Of a DNA stretch of 64,000 nt, positions 14,440 to 31,764 are shown one piece after another. The notes beneath the pieces were generated by a model. The model searched no databases. It saw only the letters and a program-made list of their open reading frames with translations, and was not told the DNA's origin. Location: assembly GCF_009914755.1 (NCBI RefSeq), contig NC_060925.1. One strand, 5' to 3'. Position 1 is the stretch's first letter. Each line of letters begins with the position of its first letter. Source of the stretch: the human T2T-CHM13v2.0 reference genome, Homo sapiens. A program made the position numbers and the translations under genes.

Positions 14440-14595
14440 GGCCAGACATGGTGGCTCACGCCTGAAATCTCAGCACTTTGGGAGGCTGAGGTGGGAGGAT
14501 CACTTGAGCCTAGGAGTACAAGACTAGCCTGGACCACATAGTGAGACCCCATCTCTACAAAAAATAAAAATTAAAAAATTATAAAAAAATTTAAA
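14440..14595 (+). mobile_element. FLAM-type Alu monomer
   Basis: Left-arm-only Alu (GGAGGATCACTTGAGCC) ending in an A-rich tail. Degenerate TSD AAGG(T/A)CAT(G/C)AT(C/T)CTG. Confidence 0.85.
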
Positions 14596-15628
14596 GGACA
14601 TCATTCTGGATGACTTGAGAAGCGTGTAGGTTACAAAAAAAAAAAAAAATTCAGGTCTTGGAGCACTCCAGCATATATATAAGTTAAATAGAAAAGGGAA
14701 CTTAGAATAGCTAGGAGAGGAACCAGGACAATGGAACACTTCAGGAAAGTGGGTTAGTTGTGTTGAAAGCTGGTGGGGGATGAGTAAGAGGACCCTCATG
14801 ATGGCTCTCGTCATCTCTTGTCTGTATTGGTGCAGTAGCCTGTTAACTGGCTTTCTTGCTTGTGGTTGTGCCCCTCTGTCCTATTGCTAAAAAGATTGTC
14901 TTTCAAAGATAGTGAACTTCTCTCTCTCTCAGCTACTTAAAACCTAACAATACCTCTCTCATATCAAATGGATATCATAATTTTTTTCCATGAACTGACA
15001 CTTGTCTATTTTTAGATTAATCTTTTGCTACTAACTCCCCACCCACCGTCTCCCACAACTCACCAACTTTAGTTTGAAATTACTTATAAAGTGGTGTGTA
15101 CTATACTTTTTACTGTTTTGATGTGTTCTTTCCTCTTCTCAGAATTCCTCTCTTCCTTAGCTCATCTTTTCCTATTCATGATTTAAAACCCAATTCAGGC
15201 AGCACCTTCTTTGGGGAGTTTTTTTTGTTTTGCTCGAAGATTGGTTGCCAGATTTGTTGAATGTGATGATAGTTTTTTCATCATTGATTTTATACTTAAT
15301 TTGTAGCAATAATTACTTGATTTTTCTTGACATGCGTACATGCATTCATTCATTAAATAAATATTCCTTCAGCCACCTATTTTGTACCAGGTATTGACGT
15401 AAGCACTGGTGATACAGCTGTGGATGACACAAATGTGTCCCTGAAACATGGAACTTACAATCTGGAACATTGAATACATATTAAAATATTTTATATATTA
15501 AAATATATTTTTGTTTCATTTTATGAAAGGATTAGTGGTACGAGATACACTATTTGGTGTTCTGAGGGCATGATAAGTAATGGTGTTAAATCAATATGTA
15601 AACACTGACATATTCTATAATAACATTA

Positions 15629-15936
<308 letters not shown>

Positions 15937-16075
15937 CCCACTTACACATGGAATTATGTTAAATATATTATGCAAATAATTTTTATTCATCGTACTTACT
16001 GTAATATGTATATGTTTTCATCCACAGTTCCTGCCTCATAACTCCCATAATGCTTGTTATAGCCTTTTGCTCTAA

Positions 16076-19100
<3,025 letters not shown>

Positions 19101-19330
19101 CTTTTTAAGTTTACATTCAATATGAGAAATTTATTCAGAATTTTATATCTGAGCAGAGTCTCCTTGACCTTCTTTATGGGATACTGTAGAAATGAGTTCT
19201 TTATGTAGATTTTTAGAGTAAAACACTTTAAGTTTCTTTGAGTTTTATGTTTCTTTTTTCATTGTTTTATTTGCTTAGACATTGTCACGTATCAGTAGCT
19301 ATAGCAAAACCACTTTATTATAACCTAGTA

Positions 19331-19602
19331 CAGAATTTCTCAAAATGTCTTCTTTGGATCAGTCAGACTGTGGGATATTTTAAAATGTCACACAAAGAAA
19401 GCAAAGCAAAGAAACGAAACTTAAGAAACTTTTACTAATTGCAGGCCTGCTTGGATCTTTTACTGTGCTATTCACTATGACTCTTCAAGAGAGATTCATA
19501 TAAAAAATGTTATTTCATAGGGGTCTTTGACCAGGAAACTTTTTCTTTTCTTTACGGAATATCTTGTGAAACTGTCTGTGGGACACCGGGTATGAAATGT
19601 TG
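19331..19602 (+). mobile_element. MER103C-like hAT element (degenerate)
   Basis: CAG...TTCTCAAA start; TGCAGG...CAAGAG...TTTGACCA...GAAA core shared with 22914-23186. Confidence 0.5.
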
Positions 19603-19685
19603 ATTTTAATATTGGATTTCATGCTAAAAGGTATTTGGATTCACTTCTAGGATTATCCTTCATCCTCCTCCCGACCTTGAATCCA

Positions 19686-20669
19686 ATACTGCATAAACAT
19701 GATTATTTATCATGACCAAGTGGGGTTCATCCCACAAATGAATATTGCTTTAATATTCAAAATTGAATCAATATAATTCAACATTTTAACAGATTAAAAA
19801 AGAAAAAACATGTAATCATTTCAAGATACACAAATTTTTTAATAAAAATCTAACATCTATTCTTTGTAAAAACTTCCAGCAAACAATAGAAGGGAATTAT
19901 CAACCTGATAAATCAGGGCATCTATAAAAAATGTATAGCTAACATAATACTTATTGGTGACAGATTTAATACGTTTTTCCTAAGATTAGGAAAAAGGAAA
20001 GGATGTCTGCTCTCTACTTCTATTCATTGTACTGGATGTTCTATCTATTGTAGTAAGGCAAAAAAACTACAGAAAAGCTACTTGGACTAATAAGGAAGTT
20101 TAGGAATTTTGCAAGATACAGGGTCAATATACAAAAAACGTTTTATTCCTATATACTAACAATCAGAAAATTGAATTAAAAAACCCCACCATTTACAGTA
20201 GTATCAAAAAATATAAAACACTTAGGAAATAATCTGAAAAAAGATGTGAAAGACCAGTATAATGAAACTGGAAGCCATTATTGAAAGAAACTTAAATGAG
20301 ATAGTCTGTGTTCATGGGTTTGAAGACCCCATATTATTAAGATGTCAATTCTCCCCAAATTGATCTTTAAGGTCAACGTAATCCCAATCAAAATCCCAGC
20401 AGTGTTTTTTTAGAAAATCGAAATAGGCTGATCGATTTTACAATTCGTATTAAAATCAGACACGTAATTAAGTAAATATCAAGACTTTATAATAAGCTAT
20501 AGTAATTAATACTGTAGTTTTATATAGAGTAGTAATAGTACAGTGTAGTAGGTACACTGTAGGGCAGTAGTACACTGTATAGTGTACTATTGTTGTTAGT
20601 GCAAATAAATAGCCAGTGCAACAGCAAGGAAAGTGCAGATACCTATATGTGTGTGTGTATATACGTGTA

Positions 20670-20717
<48 letters not shown>

Positions 20718-21140
20718 CACATGATCATTTGGTATATGACAAAGATGACCATAGCAGCAGTGCAGTGTGGTAAAGGATAATTTTTTCAATATATCATTTG
20801 AGGTCAGTTGGATATCCATAAAGAAAAACAAAGATTGACTTTGCCTTATATCATAAAAAAACTTAATTCCAGATGGTTTGTAGATCTAAATATTAAAGGT
20901 TAAAAAATAAAGCTTACATTAGAAAATAATATGAGCACTTAGAGTAGAAAAATAATTCATACATAGTACACAAAGCATTAATCATAAAGAAAAAGTTTAA
21001 ATACTTAGACCACATTAAAATTATGAATTTCTATTCATTAGTTCATGGAAAGATACCATTGGGAAGGTTTTAGAAAGACAAGTCACAGGGTAGAGGAAGA
21101 AATTTGTAATACAAATGAACCATGCCCAGAATATTTGTAT
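19686..21140 (+). mobile_element. Old L1M ORF2 fragment, with a (TG)/(TA) microsatellite at 20645-20712
   Basis: CATGACCAAGTGGGGTTCATCCC (HDQVGFIP) and AAGATGTCAATTCTCCCCAAATTGAT (KMSILPKL) remnants. Confidence 0.8.
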
Positions 21141-21956
21141 TGGTTTTTAAAGAGTATGATGAAGTGAAGATGTGTTTTAGTTGTTCCATCAGTTAATCCC
21201 ATTTAAAAGGGAAGCTAGTTTTTTGAGTCTTAGATTTTGGTCATAAAATAATATTTATAGAGAACCTAGAAACACGTGGTGTTGAGTAGAATCAGTGCAA
21301 ATGTAGTTCCTGGAGTGTAAGGGCTGTGTGTCATTAAATATTTCAATTTTTGAGTCTTGTGCAATGCCTGACATGCAATTACCTTCAGCCTATGTATACT
21401 GAATTAATGGATGAAATGCTTTATAATTACAAAGTATGCGTAAAAGAGTAGACACTCATATGACGACTGGCCTTTTAAGTTTAAATTTAAAAAATCACAG
21501 TAAGCAGTTGGATAAAAGAAAGTACTAACATTTTTAGACTATAAAGATAAGGTGCATTTTAGGGATGTAAAACATTGAGCATAATTTTAGGGAGCTTACT
21601 CTGTTACTTAGCTTCTCATAGTGGCAGGGTAGAGGAAAGTATCTTTGATCTAAAAGGCAGAATGCAGAAGAAGGAATTTCATCTCAGGAAACAGGATTTT
21701 CTAAGCAAATAATGCTTTTGGAGAAGTGGAAATGGTTGAGACAGTGAATATTTGTGGGAGCTAACTAGAGCTTGGATTTAGCAAATGGCAAAAGAGTGTG
21801 GTATATCTCAGTGAATTTTTGAAGCATCAAGTAAATCTCTAGCATTTGAATGCATGTGTCGGTGTATGATGAATGATGTGAATTGGTAATGATTACATTA
21901 TTTAAATTTCAACTTTACATTTTTGCAGAGTTCTAAAGTTCCTGTTGCTTCAGACA

Positions 21957-22013
21957 ATGGATGAGCAATCACAAGGAATGCAAGGGCCACCTGTTCCTCA
22001 GTTCCAACCACAG
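21957..22013 (+). CDS. NEK7: NEK7 first coding exon (exon 21929-22013; 28-nt 5'UTR then ATG), aa 1-19 MDEQSQGMQGPPVPQFQPQ
   Basis: Acceptor ttttgcag| at 21928. ATG at 21957 in strong Kozak context (ACAATGG). Donor CAG|GTAATT at 22013. The translation is the recognisable NEK7 N-terminus. Confidence 0.97.
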
Positions 22014-22913
22014 GTAATTTATCCTAATTAAGATGGGCAGAACTATATATAATCTGTGTTAAATATGTGTAAGAAAGTAGTACATTTACAGTTCCTTTAG
22101 GAAATAAAGTAGCACAAAAGTGCTAATTTTGAATTTCCAAGTTTTAATCAGCATTTTTTTTTTTTTTGCTTTGTTTTTCAGTTTTGTTTATGGCTTTTGG
22201 TATAATTGTTTTAGGTGTAATTAGTACACTTTTTAGATATAATTATTTATGTGTAATATATTATTTATTTTAATTGATACAGTACAATTGCACATATTTT
22301 TAGGGTGCAGTTTGCCATTTTGATAGAAATATTTATTTTAAAATATTGTTTGATAATGCTTAGTTCCCATTTACAAACATGAAAACAAAAAGGCAGCTTT
22401 AGCTTTTAACTTTATTTGAATGACCTGTAAGCTCTGAGCGTTAGTATTAGGTTTAGGGAAGGAAGAGGAAAAAAAAAAAAAGGTGAGACTGTGCCTAAGC
22501 TTGGGAGTGCCAGTACATTTTGTACCTGCCCCTGCTTTAGTGAGCTGATCTTGCCTTGCCCACAGCTGCCTTCCATGATGGTGACTTTTCTCTCCCTATC
22601 ACTTGTAGTGTATTTCTCCTGTGATATATTTGCTTGTTTCTTGTATTTAATAACATAAAATGAAATAAAAAAATCTTTTAGTAAAAAATGTACACATATT
22701 CATTATTTAGCATCCTGCATTCAGTATGAATACTTGTCATAAAGCTAACGTGTAATGACATGTTTAAAATAACAGTTGCCACCCCATGTCAGGGCAATAC
22801 CTCATTTTTATTGCTGTTGTTCCTGAAGACTATATTTCTCAGCTTGGTGTTTGAGGCATTCTACAATATGTCTCATGTATACTCTGCTAACCTTGTCCCA
22901 ATTTTGTTTGGAC

Positions 22914-23186
22914 GGTATTTCTGAAAACATGCCTTTGGGCTACTGATAAGTGTTCTTTCACAAGAGTTCTATAGTCAAATAGGTTTGAGAGACTTGGGGA
23001 AAACAGTGACTTTGTGGCAGTACTTCCTCAGAGCCTTTCCTACACTAGTGTGCATTGTGAATGAATTTCAAAGAGTGGTATAGGCTGTAGTGTTTTCCAA
23101 ACTTATTTGTCTATGGGATCCTTTTTTTTTTTTTTTTTTTTAGTGCATCTATTGACTTCTCATGGAAGCACTGTTTAGAGAATAAC
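22914..23186 (+). mobile_element. MER103C-like hAT element
   Basis: GTCAAATAGGTTTG...CTCAGAGCCTTT...GTGCATTGTGAAT...TTTCCAAACTTATTTG. Confidence 0.65.
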
Positions 23187-25899
23187 CGTCTACAAAAAAC
23201 GATCTTTTCTGCTTGTATGACTTTGCTGATTTTGATTTTGTACCCTCCATCTTCCCCTCCAATTTTCTAAATCCTGCCCATCCTTTAAGGACCAACAACA
23301 AAGCCGTCTCTACCATAAAGCTTTGTCTGATCCTCTGAAAGCAGTCTTTCCTTGGAAATGTGGCGGTATCTTCTTTGCATCTCTCTTCTGGTATTCTGAT
23401 ACTTTGGTGTCATTTTTATCTCTCTTATTAGGTTAAAATCTCCTTGAGGGAAAGGACTGTGTCTTATTTACCTTGGATGCCCTCTGGTACTTCAATTTCT
23501 CACCTGTAGCAGGGGCTCAATAAGAATATGTAATTGAAACCAACCAGGGACTCAATGAAATGAGTCCTTTACTTAATTGCACTATTACATTGCTTTTCTT
23601 TGTTATACCTGTCTGAATTGTCTATATTGAGTAAAAAGACCCTTTAGCTTAAAGTAAGGCCAATATTTTGATTTCAAGAAGAATTTTTTTTTTTAAGTCC
23701 CCATATATATTTATGTTATGATCATAAATTATCAAGATTATAATAAACAAACATATCTATTAAACATAGACCTCTTAGGACTCATTTTACACACATACAC
23801 AAACATTATTGTTTCATATTATTTCCAGCAAAGGCAATAAAAGAACACTTTTAAAAATTAGGTAGTTCATGTTATGATTTTGAGATTCACAGTTTTAAAC
23901 AACCTTGTGTTTCAAAGAGGAAAAAAAGTAAGCACTTTCATTTTTGCCTCCTACTGACTCACCAACCAGGAAAGGTCGGAGTGGCAGTAGGAAGGAAAAA
24001 TAAAAGTGATTGTTTTCCTGTGAGACACTGGGCTGCCCCACAGTATAAATTTCAAAATTATAGCAGCGATTCTGCATTTCTTTTTACACTGTTCCTTTCG
24101 TTTATGCCTCCTGCTGCTGCTCCTGTGTGGGTGGACTTCTTTCCCTGTTGGAAACAGGCAAGTGTCGTCCCAGGTTCTAGCTGCCTTGTGGCAGGTGGGG
24201 GAAGGGAGAAGGATTTTTTTCCCCTCCTCTCTGCATTCACACTGATGGTGTGAGACAGTGTAAGAAAGATTACCTGACAAGAGCTTATAGGCATTATTGC
24301 TTATTAAGTCTTTGAAAAACGTTACTGCTCTCAGTAGCATTATTTTAGAAGACTGGGAAAGGACAGCCTCTGCTCAGCTTTGACAACCTTTTTTTTGTTT
24401 TGTTCCACACCACTGGCCTGAATAATGGGGATGATATGGCAACATCTGGTTAGCCCAGTGACTTCTTTCACTTTTGTAATAGAAGTCTGGGCATAAACAG
24501 AAAACTAAGGATGTCAAGTTTCTGAGTGTCAAATACCAATTCCCTGTTATAATGATAAGTGATGTATATTGTTGGCATATCCATTCTTTTTCTTGTTTCA
24601 AAATGAATACTCTCACCCCATAATGTATAATATGTGGTCTCATTTTTGGTACAGTGTAAGTTCCTTTTGTTTTGTTTTAGAATGTGAGATTTATGTTTCT
24701 TTATTAATGTATTTTGAAATTTTTTCTATCAGCTCCACTCCTTCCCACCCTCCCTTCTTTTCCCCCTTTCTTCCTTTCTTGATTCTTTCCACTAACATCT
24801 AGAAGGTACTGAAAGGATATTTTGACTAGATTCTTGTTCTGTATATTTTCATTGCCTTTGGACTCTTGTTTTTGGAACAGTGGATTTAGCTTTTTAAAAA
24901 TAAAAATAAAAATTCAAACTGTATAAAGATGGTGGTTGGGAAATAGTAAAATTTTTACTCTTTACTGTAAGACTAATTTTAAACAATGGAAGTTTACAAT
25001 TAACATTTTGTGAGTATTTTGATTTATGGTTATTGGGTGAAGATGGCTATGGTAGAGTCACATTTTTTTCCAAAAAGTTAATTATAAACCAATTATAATC
25101 AGAGTACAATTTTAAGAATTTTTGCGAGTTATTAGAAGGAGGATTAATTTTCATTGTGATATGATCAGAGGCCTAGGTTATTTTTTTTTAATTTGAAGAT
25201 AGTGTAATATTTTGGCTACTTATGAAAGAGAAAAGACATGTCACTCAGATCTGTGGGTAGAAAAAACAGATATTCCTTATTCTTACAGTGTGGAAAGTAT
25301 GAAAATCTTATCTTGGAGTCTTGCAACTTAACCAGTAAGGTAGACTGACCATTCCTTTAAGCTTCATGGCAGTTCAGACTGTAATCCATTTACTATTTTG
25401 CATCTCTGTGGAGTGACTGTGGAGGGATGAAATAAAGTTTACCTTGAGTAGCATGTTCAGGGTAGTAATCAGGGTTCATTGTAGGCCAGCCAGAAAGTAT
25501 CCCTCTCTATTGAGTGGGTATGAATTTTAGACTTGATAACTATATTACCTTCTTTTTTCTCTAGTTTATCTTCTGGAGTTACTTTCTTTGTGAAGTAAGT
25601 GTCATTTAACTTGTTTCTTTTGATAAACTGATTTTGCCAAGGTGTTTGTCATAGGCATTGAGTAGAGTGCTTCTATTTTTGGAAGTCTTTACAGAAATTT
25701 AGATGTTTCATTCTCCTAGTAACAGTTTCCTTCATTGAATAACTTTATTGATGGTACAGAAAGAGCAGTAGCTTTTTTGAGGAAAGAAGACTCTTGCTAT
25801 AGGTTAAATTTATGGCCATGAAACTCAAAGCCTAATGCTGCTCAGCAATCATCCTTAGCGCATCCACTCCCTACTTTCCTGGCTCCAAACTCTCCCACT

Positions 25900-27390
25900 T
25901 TGTATATTTTCTGTCCTCAAACCCATAACATGTCCTTTCCTCATCCTAGCTCTAAGCTGATGCCCTTGCTCCTATTTTACTGAAGAAACTGAAGCAGTCA
26001 GAAGAGAACCTCCACAGACTCCTACCGTAGTTATCCTCCTCCCAGAATCTGTATTCACTTCATCTGCCTTTTCTGTTGTTACCAGATGAACTATCCACAC
26101 TGCTCTCAAAGGCCAACCCTCCCATGTGCACCCCCTCTACTGGGTCCGTGCTACTATGCTATTACTTCTCCCATCTAAACAACAAAATGAAACAAAAGAA
26201 AACCCCTTAAACAGTCTAAGTTACTCTTCCTTCGAGTTGTTAACCTATTTCTCCGCTCCCTTTTATAGCAAAGTTCCCAGAAAGGTTTTTCTGTAATTCA
26301 GTCTCCCATTTCTCCTTTCTCTCTAAAATCTACTCTAATTAAGCTCTCTACCACACTGTGCCACCTAAGCTGCTCCTGTCAAGTTACAGTTACCTCTCCT
26401 GCTCCATCCAGTCCAGTTTTCAGGCCTCATTTTACTTAGCAGCTGCATTTGATAGAGTTGATTATGCTGTCTTCTTTGAAACCTATTCTTCACTTGGCTT
26501 CCAGGAATCTTATTGTTCTCTTGTCTTAATGGTCCCTCTATTGATTTCTTCTCACCTTCTGAGAAGGTGACACTTAACAGTGGAGTGCCCCAAGGCTCAG
26601 TTCCTTAGACCTCTTTTCTATCTATATCCCTTACTTAGTGTTCTCTTCCAGTCTCATGATTCTATGCTGGTGACTCTTTGTATCTCAACCTGGACCTCTG
26701 CCCCGAATTCCAAACTCATGTATCCATTTGCCTACTTGGCATCAAATTTTCATGTTTCAACCCTAATGCTGCCCAAACTGAATTCTAAATATTTCCCTCC
26801 AGACTGACAGCCCACCATCTTCTCCTTCTCAGTGGCAAGTCTATCCTTCCAGTTGCTGAGGTTAAAACTCTTAGAGCCATTCCTAACTTCCTCCTATTTC
26901 TCTGGTCTCATACTTAATGTTAGCAGATACCAGAGGCCGAATCTTTAAAATATATTTAGAATTTGAGCACTTCTTTTCTTCTCCACTGCTGCTACTCTGA
27001 AGTTACTTAATCTTTCACCTATTTTATTGCAGTATCTTCCTAATTGATCTCTTTGCTTTCATCCTCGCTCCTTTCCCCTTTAATCTATTCCCAATACAGC
27101 AATATTTCAGTCAGTCACGTCTGTTTAAAGCCTTTCAGTAGTTTCCCATTGGCTTGCTCATTCATATTCTTCAAGTATATATTTTAATATCACCTTCTCG
27201 ATCACTCAATGAAAATGGAATCTTCCCACTCACACAGTATGTCAACCCTGCAATATTTTTCTCCATAGAATGTATCACCTTATCACTTATTTTGTTCATT
27301 GTTTTTCTTCTCTTAGGGTATAAGCTCTCTCCCTAGTCCCAGAGTGGTACACATAGTAGGCATTCAATAAATATTTGTTGAGTGAATACA
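25900..27390 (+). mobile_element. L2 fragment(s)
   Basis: Pyrimidine-rich L2 body (TGGAGTGCCCCAAGGCTCAGTTCCT) ending in GTAGGCATTCAATAAATATTTGTTGAGTGAAT. Confidence 0.7.
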
Positions 27391-29136
27391 AACTTGGTTT
27401 CAAATCAACCTGTCCACTTTCTTTATGAGCCCTGCTTTTAAAATGAACATGAAAATACATAAATATCTTCAGAATTTGTCTTTCATTATGCATGTAACCA
27501 CCTACATTCTCCCTTTCTTATTGAAGTTTTAATTTTTCCCCACCTCCTTGCTTCAGTTGGAACACACTTCTCCCCCCCAGGACACTGCTTCCCCTGTAAC
27601 CCTCTCAAGTGGAGGCTACTTATTCTCCCTTGCCCACATACATAGGATCAGGAGGTCGGAACCACAAACTTCTCCATCCACAATGCCTCTTCTAGAACAC
27701 TACTTCTCCTTTTTCAGAGGGGCAAGGGGCGGGGTGGGGTGAGGAACCACAGCTTTGAGGCTTATTCCATTCAACTAAAGGACTTATACCTTCCTTATTG
27801 CAGTCATCTTCTGACCTCCTCATTACCTCTCACATGAATTGAAAATTTAACCCCTGACCCACTCTCTTGCCACCTTCATTCTGGACAGTAGTACTGCTGC
27901 TACCATCAGTGTTTACTGATTATTGTGCTCTTAAAATGTACCTACCCCATTACCCCATGCTTACCATTTCAGATAACATTGCCTCATTTAATCCTAACAT
28001 AAACCATATAAGGCATTCTTTTTTACACATTACAAATGAGGAGACTGAGGCTCCGACTAATTAACTAACTTGTCCATCGTCACATAGCTAGTAAGTAGTG
28101 AAGCTGGGATTTGACCCAGGTCTGTTTGACTCCAAGCCAATTAGTTTTTAGCTTTCACAGAGAAATCTCAAACATTCCTTGAACAGTCTTATCTCCTCAA
28201 TTACTGACTCTTGATATTCTTATAGGTACCTCATACTTACAGTTTTCAAGATGAAATTTATCGTATTCTGTTCAAGGTTACACTTTTGCTTGTGATTAGT
28301 ACTTATCTAGAGTTGCCCAACCTAGAAACAAGGGAGTCTTATACTCATGTTTAGGCATTTTCAGTGTTCTCTTGATTTTGCCGCTTAAGTAGCTGTTGAA
28401 TCTGCGAATTCCCTATGTCCTGGCTATAACTCCTCTAGTTTAGAATATTGTCATTTGATGCCTGGATTATTGCAGCAGGTTTGTAACTGGTCTTCTTTCC
28501 TCTCATTTTACCATTTCTAGTTCATTCTCTACATTGCAGCAAGAGTTGTCTTTCTAAAGTATACATTTTATTATATTCCTCGCCTTATTTCTTCTGAATT
28601 CTTATTACTTTTAAGATGAATTTTACATTGCTTTATATAACTTCAGAGATCTTTATCATCTGGTCTCCTTTGATTCCTCTAGCTGCATTTTGTGCCATTT
28701 CGAATTTTGGACTCAGATTCAGCCATTTGTTGATTATAACCATGCTTTTTTCATCTCCAAGGTGGTAATGTGATGGATTTAGGTGATATTCAAGGAGATT
28801 CAGTCAATAATGAGACATAATGAACATACAGAATCATTACAATATATATTGCCTATAAAAGTGGTTTTATGACAGAGATCCTAAGAAAAATATTTTAGTA
28901 ACAGAAATATATACTTTGGAAGACAATAATGAGATTACTTTGAGAAACATTATATGGGTGACTATATTAGCATGCTTCTAATAATATGCTTTGTGAGTAT
29001 TGTTTACTTTTGTATATCATATTTTATATCAGTGAATACTAGATAAAGGGTAATCAGCAAATGTTTTTTGAATGGATAATCTCTAACTGAAAGTTAATTT
29101 CTACTTTTTCCACTAAATATTGATTAGTTAACTGTA

Positions 29137-29475
29137 CAGTCCCGAGTCACCTAACATCAGGGATTCATTCTGAGAACTGCATTGTCAGGCAAGTTCTTTG
29201 TTTTGCAAACACCATAGAGTGCACTTCCACAAACCCCGACAGGATAGCCTACTACACACCTAGGCTATATTGTACAGTCTGTTGCTCCTAGTCTACAAAG
29301 CTGCACAGTGTGTTACTATACTGTAGGCAGTTGTAACACAATGATAAGTATTTATGTACCTAATCATATCTAAACCTAGAAAAAGTACAGTAAAAATATG
29401 GTTTTGTAATCTTATGGCCAGACATTCCTATACTGCCTGGTGTTGGCTGAAATGTCATTAGATGGCGCATGACTG
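29137..29475 (+). mobile_element. Tigger3a (TcMar-Tigger), full length
   Basis: TA|CAGTC...GCGCATGACTG|TA termini with TA target duplication; TAGCCTACTACACACCTAGGCTATA core. Confidence 0.88.
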
Positions 29476-29854
29476 TATTATTCTTATAGTATGTAGATTT
29501 CAGTTATTCTAGAGTTATTTTAGAAAATGACTGTGTGACAATATTGAATACTAAGAAAACTGTCAAATTGGGGAATGACTTCAAAATATTTAAAGTGCGT
29601 TTGAGTTGTCTTTAAATTTAGATTCATCACACTTACATACTTACGAGTGAGAGTACCTCATATTTTAAGGGAAATGCTTGAGAAATTTACATGATTTTTG
29701 AAAAGAATGAGAACACAGTAAGAATTCTCTTGCCTGCTGCTTTCTTGGAAATTTCTATTTGAACAGTCTGTTCAGAGCGATGGGGCAAAGATGAGGATGA
29801 GGCTGATTAATCAAAATAGTCTTCCGTCTTCCAACTTTATTTGAAACAGTTTAA

Positions 29855-29890
29855 GACAGAGTGAGACTCCGTCTCAAAAAAAAAAAAAAA
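29855..29890 (+). mobile_element. Minimal Alu 3' stub with polyA
   Basis: GACAGAGTGAGACTCCGTCTC followed by A15. Confidence 0.8.
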
Positions 29891-30065
29891 GAAATATGCT
29901 TTAATAACCACAATGATGAGATCATTGTTTTTTTGAAGGTGAATTTGATATTTGGAAATATCTTAAAATTCTTTAGACCCAAGTGTTTACTTGGTTTTGA
30001 ATAAAGTACATAGTCTTGGTATTCTTTTTTTTGACCAAAATGAGATATATTCTTAAACCAATAAT

Positions 30066-30368
<303 letters not shown>

Positions 30369-31009
30369 AAGACCAATAATTTTTATACAATTCACATGCT
30401 ATCTCTGATTACCATTCTAAAGAAGAAGTTTCAGACATGTTTTCAGTAGTGGAAGCCTTCCTGGTGTAAAACCATAGCCTCCCATGGTAGCTGTTTTGAA
30501 GAGCAATGTTGAATGTATACATTCTAATCTGTTTGTTAGAGGTCAGTGGTATTTACATTTAGGATACCTGTATATTTTGTCTTCCTTTATATTGTTACTA
30601 TGTGAATATTACGATCTTGTCATATGATTCTTATGTTTCACATAGCTTTCTCACTAAATATTCATAAAACAAACACAAATTTCAAAATTTGATGTTTTTC
30701 TTGTCACATTCATATAGAATACATTTAATCATGTCTTCTTTTCCTTTAGTAAATTTCATTCAGTGTTGGGGCACAAGTAAATAGAGGAGGAGGAGTTTCT
30801 AGTACAGTTATGATAAGTGTCCCTTAGGGGGTCAGGGGAGTACCTGGAATTAATTTAATTTTAGAACCAATAAATGGAATGATAAATCAGATTACCTGGA
30901 GTGAGTGAGCAAAAATTAGAAAAGAATGCTGAGGATGATACCCTGTGGTGTACCAGCATTTATGGAGAGGAATATATAGCGGACCTGGAAGGAAACAGAA
31001 GGACATAGC

Positions 31010-31235
31010 TTAGCATGGTGGGTTAGAGCATGAGCTCTGAAGTCATATTGGCTGGGATCAGTTCTTAGTCCCTCACTTCCTAGCTGTGTGATGGTGAGGG
31101 GAAGTTGTTTAGCATCTGTAAACCTCAGTTTTCTTATTAGTAAATGAGATGAATCAAGTTTTTACCTCATCAAGTTGATATGGAGCTTTCAGTATGATGC
31201 TTGACACATAGTTAGCATTCATTAAATGTTAGCAA
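31010..31235 (+). mobile_element. MIR
   Basis: GGTTAGAGCATGAGCTCTGAAGTCA...CCTCAGTTTTCTTATTAGTAAATGAG MIR core. Confidence 0.7.
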
Positions 31236-31764
31236 AAATGATGATGATGACTGCAATGACAACAAGCTGCCAATAATTGTCTTGGCCCACATTTCTCTAC
31301 CCATTGTTTTCTTCCATATCGTATCTTTTATTACATCTTTATTACCTATTTTCTGCCTAGATGGCTTCTCCTTTAGCCTTGTTTTTACCAGTAAATGGCA
31401 GCACTATTCATCTGTGTGCTTCAGCCAAAAATCTCAATCATCCTTGATTTCTCTCTCTCCCTCACTCCTCATATTCAATTAATTGGCAAGTTTTTGACTC
31501 CATCTCAAATTATATTCTTATTACATCTACTGTCCTCATCTCTCTAACTCCTCAGGCCACACCTACTACCTCCTGTCCAGTCTCCCTGCTTCCATTCTTG
31601 CTCTACTCATCCTCCTTCCCAGTTCTCCATGCAGCATCATGAGTTATTTTTGTAAAATGTGTATCAGAACACAGTATGGTGCTACCTTGCTGAAAACCCA
31701 GACCCCCTTACTCCTTACTCTTGCTGTCAAAGTGTAATATGATTTTCTCAGTGCTTACCTCTTT

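Noticed and set aside
19331-23186. Two MER103C-like elements as an inverted pair around the start-codon exon
   Set aside because: Core motifs show the same orientation and heavy divergence.
23895-24340. Stack of overlapping ORFs up to 129 aa
   Set aside because: No coding signature or known motifs; consistent with chance in a locally GC-richer segment.
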